The notes below the pieces were generated by a model that saw nothing but the letters and a program-made list of their open reading frames with translations, had not been told where the DNA came from and did no database searches. Made by a program: the position numbers and the translations under genes. From Candidatus Uhrbacteria bacterium (GTDB lineage: Bacteria > Patescibacteriota > Patescibacteriia > UBA9934 > GWF2-40-263): 64,000 nt of DNA. The stretch is taken from positions 32,147 to 96,146 of the forward strand of contig JACRJU010000010.1 in the NCBI GenBank assembly GCA_016219925.1, in the 5' to 3' direction. Of the stretch, positions 10,565 to 19,177 are shown in pieces; positions within the stretch are counted from its first letter, which is position 1; each line of letters starts with the position of its first letter.

Positions 10565-11023
10565 ATGACCATGGTACAGAAAAAATATCTCGGTTATGCG
10601 CTGGGAGCCGCCGTAGCCCTGCTCATTGCCGCGCCGATCGTGCTGGGAGGCGCACACAACGCTCTCGCTGCCCCCGGGCCACTTACAAAGGATGAGCTTT
10701 TCGGTGGCAAGGGTAAAACAGGCGATACATTTGCGGCAAATGCCGGACTTGGAAATGCGAACCTGATCGATACGATTTCTTCGATCATTCGCGTAGCTCT
10801 TGGTTTCCTCGGTGTGATTGCAGTGGTGATCATCCTGCTTGGTGGATTCAAGTGGATGACCTCGGGCGGAAACGATACCAAAGTTGGTGAGGCTAAAAAG
10901 CTCATCTTCGCAGGCATCATTGGATTGGTGATTGTGTTATCCGCATACGCGATCGCGAATTTCGTTATCGGCCAAATCGCGGGCGTCACCTCTAATCCTG
11001 TCCCTCCTGTCGGTGCTGGCTAA
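10565..11023 (+). CDS. TrbC/VirB2-like pilin family paralog 3
   Basis: 'LGGFKWMTSGGNDTKVGEAKKLIFAGIIGLVIVLSAYAIANFVI'. Confidence 0.55.
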   Translation: MTMVQKKYLGYALGAAVALLIAAPIVLGGAHNALAAPGPLTKDELFGGKGKTGDTFAANAGLGNANLIDTISSIIRVALGFLGVIAVVIILLGGFKWMTSGGNDTKVGEAKKLIFAGIIGLVIVLSAYAIANFVIGQIAGVTSNPVPPVGAG

Positions 11024-11105
11024 TGACTCATGCCCCCATCCCCCATCTTTTGGATGGGGGTTTGCGTAAGCTGATGAGAGGATTCGTCTGCTTACGCAAA
11101 TATTT

Positions 11106-11504
11106 ATGCAACGTTTTTTCTTGCGCATCGGCGCTCCAGCGATCATCTTTCTTTTGAGCGCCCCGTCTGCTTTGGCAGAGTCCGAAGCGGCAAAAGCGCT
11201 AAAGGGCGGACTCACAGATACCGCCAAGTTGGCTGGCTACCAATCAACATCTTTGCCTGTCATCATTGGAAATGTCATCAAGGCTTTGTTGGGTGTGGTC
11301 GGTATTATTTTCCTTTTGATTACCATCTATGCCGGTATTATGTATATGACGGCCGCGGGAGATACCGGAAAAGTCGACAAAGCAAAAAAAATGCTCACGC
11401 AATCGCTTATTGGCCTGGTGATCATCATAGGCGCCTATGCCTTTGCCAATTTCGTTGTGACTCAACTGGCTGTAGCAACAACGGCGGCACCAGTAAAAAA
11501 ATAG
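11106..11504 (+). CDS. TrbC/VirB2-like pilin family paralog 4
   Basis: 'YAGIMYMTAAGDTGKVDKAKKMLTQSLIGLVIIIGAYAFANFVV'. Confidence 0.55.
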   Translation: MQRFFLRIGAPAIIFLLSAPSALAESEAAKALKGGLTDTAKLAGYQSTSLPVIIGNVIKALLGVVGIIFLLITIYAGIMYMTAAGDTGKVDKAKKMLTQSLIGLVIIIGAYAFANFVVTQLAVATTAAPVKK

Positions 11505-11505
11505 T

Positions 11506-11901
11506 ATGAAAACCTTTTCAAGATGGCTGCTCATCGGAATATTTGTCTTGCTTCCAGTTTCTGCCTGGGCCGGCCTTCTTGATTCGCAACTAAGTACCGT
11601 AGGCAGTCAATTAGGAAAAGACGGTGGGGTCCCAACGAGTCTCCCCGTATTTATCGGTGGACTCATTAATGTCGTTTTATCGGTTCTTGGTCTCGTCTTT
11701 CTCGTTCTCATCGTGTATGCTGGATACATGTGGATGACGGCTTCAGGCGATTCAACCAAAGTTGATAAGGCCAAAAAACTTATTGGACAGGCTCTCATCG
11801 GCATGATCATTGTTATCGCTTCCTATGCGATCAGCGCGTTCGTGATCGACCGAATTTCAGGCGCAATTACGGTAGCGCCGGCGGCAGCCCCCACAAAATA
11901 A
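11506..11901 (+). CDS. TrbC/VirB2-like pilin family paralog 5
   Basis: 'YAGYMWMTASGDSTKVDKAKKLIGQALIGMIIVIASYAISAFVI'. Confidence 0.55.
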   Translation: MKTFSRWLLIGIFVLLPVSAWAGLLDSQLSTVGSQLGKDGGVPTSLPVFIGGLINVVLSVLGLVFLVLIVYAGYMWMTASGDSTKVDKAKKLIGQALIGMIIVIASYAISAFVIDRISGAITVAPAAAPTK

Positions 11902-11923
11902 CTTTCTTGAATCTTAATTATCT

Positions 11924-12316
11924 ATGAAAAATCTCTACTACACTTTCAGCGCCTGGATTTCCGTCTTGGGCCTGTCGCTTTTGCCGGCAAGCGCCATGGC
12001 TCAACTTAAACCATCAACAGATGCGGCGAGTGATCTTGGTAAGATCGGCAAGAAACTCGGCAACGAGACTCCAAACGATCTTCCAAACCTCATTGGCGGA
12101 CTCATCAACATGTTCCTTTCGATTCTCGGCATCGTCTTTGTGGTGCTGGTGATCTATGCCGGATACCTTTGGATGACGGCATCTGGCGACGCTACTAAAG
12201 TTGATAAAGCCAAAAAACTGCTTGGCCAGGCCATCATTGGAATCATCATTATTGTGGCGGCCTACGCGATCAGCACGTTCGTTATTAATAGGATCGTCGG
12301 AGCGGTTAAACCGTAG
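11924..12316 (+). CDS. TrbC/VirB2-like pilin family paralog 6
   Basis: 'YAGYLWMTASGDATKVDKAKKLLGQAIIGIIIIVAAYAISTFVI'. Confidence 0.55.
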   Translation: MKNLYYTFSAWISVLGLSLLPASAMAQLKPSTDAASDLGKIGKKLGNETPNDLPNLIGGLINMFLSILGIVFVVLVIYAGYLWMTASGDATKVDKAKKLLGQAIIGIIIIVAAYAISTFVINRIVGAVKP

Positions 12317-12328
12317 ATTTAAAAAAGG

Positions 12329-12356
12329 CAGAGCCGCGAGGCTCTGTTTTTATTTT
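12329..12356 (+). terminator. Rho-independent terminator after the pilin paralog array
   Basis: Hairpin cagagcc-gcga-ggctctg followed by tttttatttt. Confidence 0.6.
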
Positions 12357-12414
12357 GAAAATAAACATCCCCTGACCGACTCCACGTGAGGTGGATATCG
12401 ACCAGGGGATAGGA

Positions 12415-13344
12415 TCAGCGCTTCCACCCGTTAGTGGCGTGGGTGATGCGCCGATCAAGGCTCTCGACGCGGTCGAGTTCGACCCGGACCGCGTTGCCCC
12501 ACAGAGTCTGGGGCGGCAGGCCGGGGATCTCGACCAGACTGCCGGTCGGAGCCAGGTAGATGATCTCGATGCGGTCGCGTGGGCCGACCGCCGAGATATA
12601 GAGCTCGTCGTAGGCGGCCGGGGCGACCGCGCTGTACGGGGTGCGGTCCGGACGACCGTCCCCATCGAGATCGGCGTAGACCGTCTCGATCGAGCCATCC
12701 GCATTGCCGATCGGGATGGCAACCCCGTTGCGCTTCACGAGAACCCGCGAGAATTGGGGGTTTCGGTGGGTGTGCCAGCTGACCCCACTGGCAAGCCCGA
12801 AGACTTGCAAGTAGGGGCCAACCACCTCGAAGGTCGTGGCGGCGTATGCCCCTGGGGTCGGGATGACCCTGTAGGGCGCGCCACCGACCATCATCGTGGA
12901 CGGTGGTAGGCCTGCGGGCGGACGGTGGTAGGCCTGCGGCTCGGCTGGTTGAGCCTTGCCGTCCTTCGCCTTCCGATCGCGGAGCGTCCGAAGACGCGCC
13001 TTGATCTGCTGCCTGGCTGTGCCAGCGGCAGGCAGCTCCGGCTGCTTGGCGTCCGGCACTGCCTGCTGGGACGCGAGCTTGGCTTTGGTCGCCTCGAGCT
13101 CCTGACGGAGCCGATCGACTTCGGCCTTGAGCCCGCTCTCGCCGGCTTTGAGCCGCGCCTCCAGGATCTTCACGTTCTGATCCTGGATGCACAGCAGTTG
13201 CTTGAGGCGGGCACTCGAGTCGGTTCCGGCGTAGCGGGCCTCGCAGAATGCGACGGCCTGCTTCGCTTCCTTCGACTCTTCAGCGTGCAGGGTGGCGGGG
13301 ACGAACAGGAACAGGGCGGCCGCGATGGCCATTTCGAACTTCAT
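12415..13344 (-). CDS. Secreted coiled-coil protein of unknown function (high-GC island 1)
   Basis: Signal peptide 'MKFEMAIAAALFLFVPATLHA', a coiled-coil stretch, then a C-terminal domain of unknown family. Strong GC-rich third-position bias. Antisense ORFs in the same region are Arg/Pro/Gly-rich junk. Confidence 0.5.
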   Translation of the reverse strand: MKFEMAIAAALFLFVPATLHAEESKEAKQAVAFCEARYAGTDSSARLKQLLCIQDQNVKILEARLKAGESGLKAEVDRLRQELEATKAKLASQQAVPDAKQPELPAAGTARQQIKARLRTLRDRKAKDGKAQPAEPQAYHRPPAGLPPSTMMVGGAPYRVIPTPGAYAATTFEVVGPYLQVFGLASGVSWHTHRNPQFSRVLVKRNGVAIPIGNADGSIETVYADLDGDGRPDRTPYSAVAPAAYDELYISAVGPRDRIEIIYLAPTGSLVEIPGLPPQTLWGNAVRVELDRVESLDRRITHATNGWKR

Positions 13345-13419
13345 GGATTTCTCCTTGTGGTCGGACGTGCCGACCGTCTTCGTCTTTCGAGACGGCCGGC
13401 ACGGACCACCCGAGCCGAC

Positions 13420-14055
13420 CTACTTGCGGTGAACTCGGAGGAGCTCGTTGAGGTCGCGGCGGTTGCACGCCGCTTCCTCTGCGGGGTTGGCGGGCGGGCG
13501 ACCACCAGGGCACTGGCTCGTGCTCGCGGGCGCGAGCGCTTGCGGAGGTGGCGGGCCGTAGTAACCCGGGGCGACCGCTTCACCGAGCGGCGGGAGGTAG
13601 CCTCTGGCTCCTGCCCGCCATCCAGCCTCGATCATGGTCGTCTCCTGGCTGGCTCCCGGATAGTAGACAGCCTGACCGTACGGCCCGTAGCCGCCGGCGG
13701 CGTAGGGGTAGGCCCCCATGCCGTACGGCCCGTAAGCGCCGTAGTAGCCCGTGTACCCGGAGGTCACCTGACCTCCGCGGGTGCTCACCTGCGTGGGCAC
13801 CCCCTTGTCAACCGACGCGCGGGCCGTTGCGGCCGCGCGCTCGGCCGCATCGCCGTCATGACGCGTACGCTCGAGCTGGTCGGCGGCGGCAAGGAGCGCT
13901 GCCGCTCCCCCGGTGGTGGCCAGATCCTGGTGGACCTGGACCGAACCGATGACCCGACCGCTTGCGTCGGTGAGGTCGCGCTTGAGCGCGACGCTCGCGC
14001 ATCCCGTGAGGGCGGCGAGCACGATGGCGAGGATGGTCTTCATCTGCTTCTCCAT
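13420..14055 (-). CDS. Lipoprotein with Gly/Tyr-rich repeat region (high-GC island 1)
   Basis: Lipobox 'LAALTGC'. Low-complexity 'YTGYYGAYGPYGMGAYPYAAGGYGPYG'. Same strand and same composition as the downstream gene. Confidence 0.5.
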   Translation of the reverse strand: MEKQMKTILAIVLAALTGCASVALKRDLTDASGRVIGSVQVHQDLATTGGAAALLAAADQLERTRHDGDAAERAAATARASVDKGVPTQVSTRGGQVTSGYTGYYGAYGPYGMGAYPYAAGGYGPYGQAVYYPGASQETTMIEAGWRAGARGYLPPLGEAVAPGYYGPPPPQALAPASTSQCPGGRPPANPAEEAACNRRDLNELLRVHRK

Positions 14056-14210
14056 GTCGACTCGCCTGCGGCTGCCGACTCAATTGCCCTGAAAAGGACG
14101 GTTTGTCCCAATTTGGGAACGTAGAAATATACCATAAAATTGCCTTTTTGTCAATAAATCCAACGAAAAAACGCCCTTTTAGGACGTTTCCTCAAACATT
14201 TAAAAACGGG

Positions 14211-15497
14211 CTAACGCAAGTATCCCCAATTATGCAAAAGATCCGAATCTCTCTCCCAACGGTCCCCGATATCCGTGCGGTAATACATATTAGGCACCAT
14301 GACGTTTTGCACACGGTTATACACCTGTTGTTGGGCGGCCTTCATCGTGGCCCCAGTCCCGGCAACCGTCATCACCGCCCCGGCATGCCCAGCCACAACC
14401 CACTGACCGTTTAACACTTTCACCTCCTCAATATGAATCCCATCAAGCGTGTTGCGGCGCAGATAAATCGCGGCATCTTTTGAGTACGTTTCAAATGCTT
14501 TATGGTCATCAAACGGATATGGCGGCGTGCGCAAACGGACTCCGACCTGGAACCCTTTTTTTGTTTTGATCGCAAAGCTCTCACGATTGGCTAGCCGATA
14601 GAGGAGCTCGGACATGGGCATGAGCAGTCCCTCGTGCTGGATCGAAATCGTCGGGTAACCAAAACGGCTTGTGAACTCAAGCGGATAAATGCCGTTCCCG
14701 TTGACGATACAGTTAAGATCGAAGTAGCCAACATATCCCTCGCGCGAAAGCGTCTCTTCCATTTTTAGAAGCGTGGCGTTGAACAATCGGTTGGGCTCGG
14801 ACCAATACATGGACGTTCCCATTTCCCCAGTCGAGATCCCGAGGTTCCCAGGAAATAATTTTTTGTGCTCAAAGTTGATGTTAATCGGGGACAAAAACCG
14901 ACTGCCATTAAAGAACGCTCCAACGGCCACTTCCACACCGGAAACGTGTTTTTGTAGTTGAAACACTTTGATCTTTTTAAGCCACACCCGCTTATACGCC
15001 TCCATAATGCCAATGACATCACTGCCGTCGTCTTCCGTACCGACAAATAGAAGGCGTTTGAGGTTGGCCGCCTCGCCGCTTGGCTTGAACACATAGCGTC
15101 CGGGATGCGCGCGGACATATGCAATGGCCTCATCAAAATCCGCGAAGGTTTGATAAGACAAAATCGGAATGCCATGCTTTTTAAGCTCTTCTTGACCAAA
15201 ACCGCGATCATCTTCGAGCTGGTCGGTGTAAGCCGTCCCTCCGATCACCGCTTTGCCGGTGCGGCGCAGACGATCCGCTTTGGCTCCCAAGCCAAGCACA
15301 TCGTCAAACACAACCACATCTGCCCAATCCACCTCCTTCTTCCAATCCTCTACCTTTTCGATGAGCCCATCGCCGACGTCCTGTGACGCATCAGAGTCAA
15401 CGTACATCTTCACGCGGTGACCCTCACGACTCACCTGCCAGGCTACATCGACACACAAGGCATCGAGTGTGACAAACAAAAAATTTTTCGAGTCCAT
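14211..15497 (-). CDS. ATP-grasp enzyme, phosphoribosylamine--glycine ligase (PurD)-like
   Basis: 'YVFKPSGEAANLKR', 'GYVGYFDLNCIVNGNGIYPLEFTSRFGYP' parallel PurD 'IVIKADGLAAGKG...GFLYAGLM...KVIEFNCRFGDPE'. Host-like GC. Confidence 0.5.
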   Translation of the reverse strand: MDSKNFLFVTLDALCVDVAWQVSREGHRVKMYVDSDASQDVGDGLIEKVEDWKKEVDWADVVVFDDVLGLGAKADRLRRTGKAVIGGTAYTDQLEDDRGFGQEELKKHGIPILSYQTFADFDEAIAYVRAHPGRYVFKPSGEAANLKRLLFVGTEDDGSDVIGIMEAYKRVWLKKIKVFQLQKHVSGVEVAVGAFFNGSRFLSPININFEHKKLFPGNLGISTGEMGTSMYWSEPNRLFNATLLKMEETLSREGYVGYFDLNCIVNGNGIYPLEFTSRFGYPTISIQHEGLLMPMSELLYRLANRESFAIKTKKGFQVGVRLRTPPYPFDDHKAFETYSKDAAIYLRRNTLDGIHIEEVKVLNGQWVVAGHAGAVMTVAGTGATMKAAQQQVYNRVQNVMVPNMYYRTDIGDRWERDSDLLHNWGYLR

Positions 15498-15532
15498 ATA
15501 TGTTGGTCATTATAGACGCATGAAAATGGAAG

Positions 15533-15591
15533 TCAAAAAATTCTGTAAAAGAAAACGACGGCAGCAATCCTTGGGAAGGAAAGCTGCCGTC
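15533..15591 (-). terminator. Rho-independent terminator downstream of the island-2 gene (minus strand)
   Basis: On the minus strand, 9-bp stem gacggcagc/gctgccgtc is followed by a T-rich run. Confidence 0.5.
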
Positions 15592-15599
15592 AGAAGCGG

Positions 15600-17600
15600 C
15601 TACTTGCAGCCGAAGGCCTGACGACCTTCATAGCTAAGCGCCGCGCAGTCGACTCCGTTGGTGTGCGTGTGCGGCTTGGAAGCCGAACGCGCGCTGGACG
15701 AAGTCGGGGGCGTCGTGGCGAAGGGGTCCATCGTGTGGTGACCCACGAACCACGGAACGCTCACCGCGACCATGAGTGCGCAGAGGAAGACCGCGAGGTG
15801 GCCCACCAGGGGGTTACTCCCTTGAGTCACGTTCAGGATCGATCCTGACTGCACCCGTGTCTGTGCGAGCCGGCGCACGAGCCAGTACCCGGGCAGGTAC
15901 ACGAGCGTGAAGAGGACCGCGCTCGCAACCCACTGATGAGTCCCGAGGAAGCTGAGGCTTGCACCCCAGGCCGCGACAGTCGCGCCCCAGACGGCTTGCG
16001 GCCATCCGTGACGGATCATCCAGTCTGCGGCGATGATCCCGATCGTCACCAGCCACCCGTACTGCGCGCCCCGAAGAGCAAGCAGTTGGGCCTTGGCCGG
16101 CGCGCCCGCGACCTTGAAGCCCATCCCGATGCACACGCCGACGAAGGCGAGGCCCAGGATGACGACGCGTGCGCTGAGCGACACACCGACCTCCGGGATG
16201 AGGCCCAGAGCGATCAGGTACGCCGGCATCAGCATGAAGGTGAACCTCCAGCCGAATTCGGCGAGCCAATCGGCGGGCCACCCGAGCACACTGACAACCA
16301 GGGGGTGGAGCAGACGCTGCCAGATCCGCAGCGTAAAAAACATGATGATCAGCACCGTCGCGCAGATGATCGCGCGCAGGCTGTGGTACATGCTCGGGGC
16401 ACTGAAGAGGCTCGAGAGCATCCACCAGAACGCCGTGAGGAACATCACCACGGTCGCCAGGTTGAACACCACGATCCCGACCGCCGAGCCGTAGAGCAGG
16501 GCTTTGAGGGTCCCGCTCATGGCGCCGCGGTTGTGCCAGGCGCTCGAAGCGCCGCGCAGGGCCTTGTGCCAGAGCGTGAGCTCCGCACCCAAGGCCGTGT
16601 CGAACGCGGCGATGATGTCGTCGAGATCTTCGGGGTTGAACCGGTCCTCGGGGGTCGCACGCGGATTGTAGTACTCCGCGAGCGTCCTGAGAAACGGCAC
16701 GCCCTTCTTGTCGACGACGTCCTTGACGATGTCCTCGCGCAGGGCGTACTGCAGGGCCGTTCCCTGCCGCACGCTGCGGCTGATGAGCAGGAAGAAGCGC
16801 CGAACCTCGGGTCCGACCGCCTCCCACCACTCGGCGGGCTTCCTCAGAAGACCCTCGAGGATCTTGAGCTCTACGGCGCTGACGCGCTGGGTATCCCCCA
16901 TCTGCGCGATCGCTTCCGCGAGCTTCAGGACCTCGTGCGGGAAGGACTCGGCCGGCACACGCTCGGTGCGAGGCTGTTGGCCCTTGCCACCGCCGACCTG
17001 CTTGGTCGTGGCTTTGTGGGTGTCATCCCAGACGCTCTTGTAGAGCGCCCAGGTCGGATCCAGGATGACGGGCACCTGGTCGGCACCCACCCGAATCTTG
17101 CCGTCAGAGTCCCGGGCCGGAACGAAGATCTTACCCGGAACGAGCCGGCTGACAACAACCCAGTCAAGAGTCTGGTTGGCATCAGCGTCTGCGACGCCGG
17201 GGTCGGAGCGGGCCGCGTCGACCTCGCGATCGATCTGGCTCGCGGCATCCGCGTACCCGGTGAACACGCCCAACAGGGCGTGTGGGCCAACCTCCTTGAG
17301 GAGGAGCTTGGCCTCGCGAACGACCGGACGGGTGTCGCCCGGAAGAATCCGCTCGACGAAGTCGCTCTTCTTGAGCAAGGCCGCGACGGCCGAGCCCGCG
17401 AGTGGGAGGGTGAACCCGGGCATGGTGCGCGCCAGGGCCATGACCGGCCCGGCCGCTCCGAAGATGCCCTTGAGCGACCGCTTGGCGATCGCCTTGCCGG
17501 ACTCTCCAGCACCCGCACCCTCGGTGAGCTCGCGCTCGAGGTGCTGGTGCACGGCCTGTTCGGCGGCCTCTTCGGCCATCAATCGAAGAAACTCGTTCAT
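15600..17600 (-). CDS. Large polytopic membrane protein of unknown function (high-GC island 2)
   Basis: 666 aa. A soluble N-terminal domain of about 350 aa is followed by about 7-9 hydrophobic helices. GGAG RBS upstream. Very GC-rich. Confidence 0.5.
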   Translation of the reverse strand: MNEFLRLMAEEAAEQAVHQHLERELTEGAGAGESGKAIAKRSLKGIFGAAGPVMALARTMPGFTLPLAGSAVAALLKKSDFVERILPGDTRPVVREAKLLLKEVGPHALLGVFTGYADAASQIDREVDAARSDPGVADADANQTLDWVVVSRLVPGKIFVPARDSDGKIRVGADQVPVILDPTWALYKSVWDDTHKATTKQVGGGKGQQPRTERVPAESFPHEVLKLAEAIAQMGDTQRVSAVELKILEGLLRKPAEWWEAVGPEVRRFFLLISRSVRQGTALQYALREDIVKDVVDKKGVPFLRTLAEYYNPRATPEDRFNPEDLDDIIAAFDTALGAELTLWHKALRGASSAWHNRGAMSGTLKALLYGSAVGIVVFNLATVVMFLTAFWWMLSSLFSAPSMYHSLRAIICATVLIIMFFTLRIWQRLLHPLVVSVLGWPADWLAEFGWRFTFMLMPAYLIALGLIPEVGVSLSARVVILGLAFVGVCIGMGFKVAGAPAKAQLLALRGAQYGWLVTIGIIAADWMIRHGWPQAVWGATVAAWGASLSFLGTHQWVASAVLFTLVYLPGYWLVRRLAQTRVQSGSILNVTQGSNPLVGHLAVFLCALMVAVSVPWFVGHHTMDPFATTPPTSSSARSASKPHTHTNGVDCAALSYEGRQAFGCK

Positions 17601-17776
17601 CTCTATCTCCTGTGCGGCTCTTGGCCGCGCAATGGGTTTGGAACACGTGAAAAGGGCGAAAAAAACCTTTTCTCCAATGCGCGTTGCCGCACACAGAAGG
17701 GACTTTTATATCATATTTCGGCCGTTTTGTCAACGGCCAATGACTCATTTTTCTTAAATTCCTTCATAAGTCACCC

Positions 17777-17851
17777 AGTGGGTAATAAGAGATTTGTGAC
17801 CTTGTCTTCGGGCCGACGGACTCATCGCCGTCGTTCCCTCCGACATGGTCA
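17777..17851. repeat. 75-bp palindromic element with perfect 15-bp terminal inverted repeats
   Basis: aagagatttgtgacc (17777-17791) and ggtcacaaatctctt (17837-17851) are exact reverse complements. The spacer holds an internal cgacgg/ccgtcg stem. Confidence 0.6.
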
Positions 17852-17979
17852 CAAATCTCTTTAGGGCTGTGAAGAATAAACGAGTCACAGCCAGTGGGGA
17901 GGCGGCCATGGGGCCCCCACTGACCTTCTCTTTGTGGGCTTCAAGCGAACCCAAGCGGGTGGTCGAAAAGACAAAAGGG

Positions 17980-19152
17980 TTATTTGAATTCAGACGCACG
18001 ACGCTTCTCCTGAATCATTTTGGTTATAATCGGCCGATCGGTGTTGCGCCCGACAAGCACGGCGCCAATAAGCTGGCCTGCCCGAGAAAAAAGTTGTGTG
18101 ATGCCTCCCTGCTCAACCGAACCCACCAACCGAACTTCATCGGCATGCGCGCGCGACACATCACCCACAAAAATAATTTCCAAACCAAGAGCGTTTGTGG
18201 CGTAAGAAGAAACCAAAGAGAACACAGTCTTCTCCCCAGCCATATTCTTTGCCACCACACGTCCCTGCATCTGCGCATTCATCCAGTTACCCACGCGCAC
18301 ATGACGGCCAACATTGATATCGTAAAACTCGGCCACATCGCCAGCCGCAAAAATGTTTGGCTCTGATGTCTGTAAAAATTCATCACACACGATGCCCGCC
18401 TCAACCTTCACTCCTGCTTCGCGCAACCATCCATCATCCGATTCGATCCCAATTCCCACTCCAAGAATGGTGCAAGGATGCTCACCGAGCGAACTGATAA
18501 ATCCGGTGAGTTCGCGCTCCCCCATGGTATCGACAAAAAGTCCGCCCGGATGGAGCTCAACACCCTTCTTGATTAAATGTTGATTGATAAGACGCCCCAC
18601 TTCGGGCTCGAGCCCTTTAGACCAAAAATGGTTTCCTCGAAAAATAACGGTTGTCGGGATCCCAAAATGGGCAAACAAGTTGATGTACTCACAGGCGATA
18701 AACCCACCGCCGTAAACGCCGCCACGGCAAGATGATCCCTGCTCGGCAAGTAGTTGATTCAAATGATCCGCGTCATCAAGCGTACGTAAATAAGAGACAC
18801 CGCGCACATCCAATCCGAGAGTACGCAGTTCGCCTCCGGTTGCGATGAGTAGTTTGTCATAGGGGAGTTCGCGGCCATCTGAGAGTTCGACGAAGGTATT
18901 TTTCGGGTCCAGTTTTACAACCGAAATTCCGCGCACCCACTCAATCTTTTGTTCTTCATACCACGACTCTTTCTTCAAAAAGACCCGCTCGCGCGGAATT
19001 TTCCCTTTCAAATAATGCGGCAACAGCACCCGCGAATAGAGGGCGTGCTGTTCCTCACTCACAAGCGTAATCTCATCGCTGGAATCGAGCTTGCGCAATT
19101 CTTCCACGGCCGTTGTTCCGGCAATGCCTCCGCCGATGATGAGATAGCGCAT
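17980..19152 (-). CDS. FAD-dependent pyridine nucleotide-disulfide oxidoreductase (ferredoxin/rubredoxin reductase-like)
   Basis: 'MRYLIIGGGIAGTTAVEELRK' is a Rossmann GxGxxG fold with two dinucleotide-binding regions. Start trimmed to the internal ATG at 19152. Confidence 0.75.
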   Translation of the reverse strand: MRYLIIGGGIAGTTAVEELRKLDSSDEITLVSEEQHALYSRVLLPHYLKGKIPRERVFLKKESWYEEQKIEWVRGISVVKLDPKNTFVELSDGRELPYDKLLIATGGELRTLGLDVRGVSYLRTLDDADHLNQLLAEQGSSCRGGVYGGGFIACEYINLFAHFGIPTTVIFRGNHFWSKGLEPEVGRLINQHLIKKGVELHPGGLFVDTMGERELTGFISSLGEHPCTILGVGIGIESDDGWLREAGVKVEAGIVCDEFLQTSEPNIFAAGDVAEFYDINVGRHVRVGNWMNAQMQGRVVAKNMAGEKTVFSLVSSYATNALGLEIIFVGDVSRAHADEVRLVGSVEQGGITQLFSRAGQLIGAVLVGRNTDRPIITKMIQEKRRASEFK

Positions 19153-19177
19153 AGACAAAAAAATCCAAAAAGACCTC

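Noticed and set aside
9468-12316. Diversity-generating retroelement (DGR) targeting the variable pilin paralogs
   Set aside because: No reverse transcriptase and no near-identical template/variable repeat pair in the window. The paralogs differ throughout at nucleotide level, which fits ordinary duplication and divergence.
12455-14124. Long ORFs antisense to or overlapping the island-1 genes (12455..13192, 12579..12782, 12925..14124, 13548..13952 and others)
   Set aside because: Arg/Pro/Gly/Ala-rich low-complexity translations typical of spurious open frames in >65% GC DNA. The chosen minus-strand ORFs have a signal peptide or lipobox and coherent composition.
15814-17864. Alternative ORFs in island 2 (15814..16830 minus frame, 15936..17864 plus strand 642 aa, 16925..17518, 17065..17757)
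   Set aside because: Same GC-driven artifact. The 15600..17600 frame has an RBS, a terminator and clean transmembrane helices.
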